Shown: piece by piece, positions 61,716 to 64,000 of the stretch
Layout: each line of letters starts with the position of its first letter
Position numbering within the stretch: the stretch's first letter is position 1
Assembly (NCBI GenBank): GCA_031362565.1
Contig: JANLSU010000058.1
Span: forward strand, 1 to 64,000
Direction of reading: 5' to 3'
Source: a bacterium
GTDB lineage: Bacteria; Krumholzibacteriota; Krumholzibacteriia; G020349025
DNA length: 64,000 bases
Translations under genes and position numbers: made by a program
The notes under the pieces: generated by a model
The model's input: the letters and a program-made list of their open reading frames with translations, nothing else
The model's database searches: none
What the model was told of the DNA's origin: nothing

Positions 61716-62252
61716 ATGCTGGTCTTGCAAAGAAATGTGGTTTTTGCGACGATGTGCGCCCTGTTAGCGGCGGCCGTGGCCCGCCCGTCGGTAGCCGACG
61801 AGATCAAGCTGGGGTACGTGGACGGCGAGAAAATCGTTCAGTCCTACAAGGGTTACAAAGACGCGGAGTCGCAGTTCGAGAAACAGCGCGACGCCTGGAA
61901 CCAGGAGTTCGACAAGCGTTCACGCGAGCTGAAGGCTGCTGAAGAAGACTTCAAAGCCCAACAGCTCATGTTGAGCGAGGCGAAACGCAAAGAGAAGATC
62001 GACCTGCTGGAAACGCGTCGGAAGGACCTCGAGAAGTACTACCAGGATATCTTCGGTGCCAACGGCGAGGCCGCTCGCAAAAACGAGGAGTTGCTACGCC
62101 CGATCCTCGACAAGGTGAATCTCCTCATCAAGGAGTTCGGGCAAGCAGAGAAATATACGTTGATCTTGGACGCAGCGAATACCGGGATCGCCTACGCTCC
62201 AGAGGCGATCAACCTGACGGACAAGATCATCGAGCGCCTGAACGCCCAATGA
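61716..62252 (+). CDS. skp: OmpH/Skp periplasmic chaperone
   Basis: Signal peptide, KLGYVD, coiled coils, YTLILD, NLTDKII. Confidence 0.92.
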   Translation: MLVLQRNVVFATMCALLAAAVARPSVADEIKLGYVDGEKIVQSYKGYKDAESQFEKQRDAWNQEFDKRSRELKAAEEDFKAQQLMLSEAKRKEKIDLLETRRKDLEKYYQDIFGANGEAARKNEELLRPILDKVNLLIKEFGQAEKYTLILDAANTGIAYAPEAINLTDKIIERLNAQ

Positions 62253-62305
62253 CGGGCCGTAGGGCGTTGCGGCGTCGGGCCACCGCCCTTTCCAAGGATT
62301 GATCC

Positions 62306-63403
62306 ATGACCTCGAACAAGGCTGCCGGATTGGAGCGCCTGTCGCGCCCGGAATCGCCGTGTCTGTTGCTCACCGAAGTCGCTCACCTGGTCGGGGGTGA
62401 GGTGGTGGGCGGTTCGAATCCGCTGATCACGGGCGTTGCGGGGATCCGCGACGCCCAGCCCGGAGAACTGACGTTTCTCGGCGCGCGGCGCTATCAGCCG
62501 TACTTGCAGACCACCCGCGCCAGTGCGGTTTTGGTGGGCCGGACGGAAGCGGTGCACCAGCCGGTCGTACGCGTCGACAATCCGGCCCTCGCCTTCATGA
62601 AGGTGCTGCGCTACTTCAGTGAGGCGGTGACCCTCACCTTTCCGCGCACCGTGCATTCGACCGCCATTGTCGACGAGACCGTGCATCTAGGCCGCGACGT
62701 GTCGATTGGCGCGCATGTCGTGATCGAGGGCGGCGTCACGATCGGCGACCGCACGGTGATTTTGCCCGGCACGTGCATCCTGCGCCACTCGCGGATCGGA
62801 TCCGACTGCACGCTGTATCCCAACGTCGTGTTGCGCGAGTACACCGAGATCGGCGACCGGGTGATCGTCCATGCCGGCGCCGTGTTGGGCAGCGACGGGT
62901 TCGGTTTCCTGAGCGACGGCACGGCCCATTTGAAGGTGCCGCAGATCGGCCACGTGGTGATCGAAGACGACGTGGAGATCGGCGCCAATTCCTGCATCGA
63001 CCGGGCGACGACGGGGATCACCCGGGTGCGCCGCGGCACCAAGATCGACAATCTCGTGCAGGTGGCGCACAACGTCGAGATCGGCGAAGACAGCATCCTG
63101 TGCGCCCAGGTCGGCGTCTCGGGCAGCACGGTCGTCGGCAGCCGCGTCAAGCTTGCAGGACAAGCGGGTTTGGTCGGCCACATTCGCATCGGCGACGGTG
63201 CGACGGTCGGCGCCCAGGGTGGCGTCACGAAATCGGTCCCGGCCGACAGCGTCTGGTCGGGCTATCCGGCCCGCGAGCATCTCTCGGCACTGCGCCAGTA
63301 CGCGGCGCTCATGCGTCTGCCGGGGGCGCTCGACGAATTGCGCCGCCTTGCCGACCGCGTCGCGGCGCTCGAGTCCGGCGCCGATCGTGAGACGTCCACT
63401 TGA
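62306..63403 (+). CDS. lpxD: UDP-3-O-acylglucosamine N-acyltransferase
   Basis: Hexapeptide repeats, GSDGFG, EIGANSCIDRA, KIDNLVQVAHN. Confidence 0.96.
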   Translation: MTSNKAAGLERLSRPESPCLLLTEVAHLVGGEVVGGSNPLITGVAGIRDAQPGELTFLGARRYQPYLQTTRASAVLVGRTEAVHQPVVRVDNPALAFMKVLRYFSEAVTLTFPRTVHSTAIVDETVHLGRDVSIGAHVVIEGGVTIGDRTVILPGTCILRHSRIGSDCTLYPNVVLREYTEIGDRVIVHAGAVLGSDGFGFLSDGTAHLKVPQIGHVVIEDDVEIGANSCIDRATTGITRVRRGTKIDNLVQVAHNVEIGEDSILCAQVGVSGSTVVGSRVKLAGQAGLVGHIRIGDGATVGAQGGVTKSVPADSVWSGYPAREHLSALRQYAALMRLPGALDELRRLADRVAALESGADRETST

Positions 63404-64000
63404 TCGGCCAGCAGACCACCATTCGCGACGCCGTCGCTATCGAGGGACTCGGACTGCACACCGGCAGCCCGGTTCGCATGCAATTGCATCCGGCGGGGCC
63501 CGATCACGGCATCGTTTTCCGGCGCACCGACCAGACGCCGCCGGTCGACATCCCGGCGCTGGTCCGCTTCGCGCCGGAGCACAGCGACCTCGGGCGCAAC
63601 ACGACGCTGCAAAGCGGCGACGTCCGGATTCACACCGTCGAGCACATCCTGGCGGCGGTGAGCGGCCTCGGCATCGACAACCTGCGGATCGATCTCGACA
63701 GCCACGAGCCGGTGGAACCGCCGGACGGCAGCTGCGCTGCCTTCGTGGCCAAGCTGCGGACCGCTGGCATCGTCAAGCAAGGGACGCCGAAGCGCACCTT
63801 CACGGTGCGGCGCCCGGTGACGTTTCGGGACGGGGAAGTCGAACTGCAAGCCGTTCCGTACGACGGTTTCCGCATCACATTCACGATCGTTTACGACAAC
63901 CCGGTGATCGGCACCCAGCAGGCCAGCTTCGACATCGATCCCGAGACCTTCGAACGAGAGATCGCCCCGGCCCGCACGTTCGCACTGCTGCGTGATGTTC
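63400..64000 (+). CDS. lpxC: UDP-3-O-acyl-GlcNAc deacetylase (partial; possibly LpxC-FabZ fusion)
   Basis: QQTTI..EGLGLHTG, HTVEHILAA, DGS, IAPARTF; runs off the window and is absent from the ORF track. Confidence 0.93.
   Translation, partial: MIGQQTTIRDAVAIEGLGLHTGSPVRMQLHPAGPDHGIVFRRTDQTPPVDIPALVRFAPEHSDLGRNTTLQSGDVRIHTVEHILAAVSGLGIDNLRIDLDSHEPVEPPDGSCAAFVAKLRTAGIVKQGTPKRTFTVRRPVTFRDGEVELQAVPYDGFRITFTIVYDNPVIGTQQASFDIDPETFEREIAPARTFALLRDV

Noticed and set aside
1..64000. CRISPR arrays, transposases, integrases, prophage or defence genes
   Set aside because: No regularly spaced direct repeats or such proteins seen; content is essentially core genome

Overview
A high-GC, gene-dense, mostly core-genome window from a diderm bacterium. 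An FCB-associated lineage such as Latescibacterota, Krumholzibacteriota or Eisenbacteria is inferred from an FlgD-Ig/T9SS-like C-terminal domain, mcsA-mcsB-clpC, bamA-skp-lpxD-lpxC and tol-pal. Gene content in order: DUF507 pair, selD, suhB, thioredoxin, serS, tolQRAB-pal-cpoB, M14 carboxypeptidase, GT87, mobA-moaC-tatA, ChaN-like protein, PEP-CTERM protein, sucCD-ndk, yceD-rpmF-plsX-fabHDG-acpP-fabF-rnc, CXXCH lipoprotein plus beta-barrel, TPR and LolB-like lipoproteins, ECF sigma/anti-sigma, aroB-TPR-aroQ-accB-pilT-accC, ftsK-rimO, bamD-nadD-polA-coaE-prfB-lysS-lolC/E-lolD-mcsAB-clpC-bamA-skp-lpxD-lpxC (partial). No CRISPR array, rRNA, tRNA, transposase or prophage was seen. Signals the ORF track misses: (1) an unassigned ~132-nt rod-shaped RNA at 14966-15097 (minus strand) that starts right after a TTGACA-N17-TAGTTT promoter, the best candidate for something undescribed; (2) selD read through an in-frame UGA (selenocysteine) with a SECIS-like hairpin; (3) the prfB +1 frameshift; (4) three apparently leaderless genes; (5) sigma54-type promoters at the PEP-CTERM gene and at a pilT lying between accB and accC; (6) a monoheme-motif lipoprotein coupled to an outer-membrane barrel. 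All calls come from reading the sequence by eye; no searches were run, and many start codons are best estimates.
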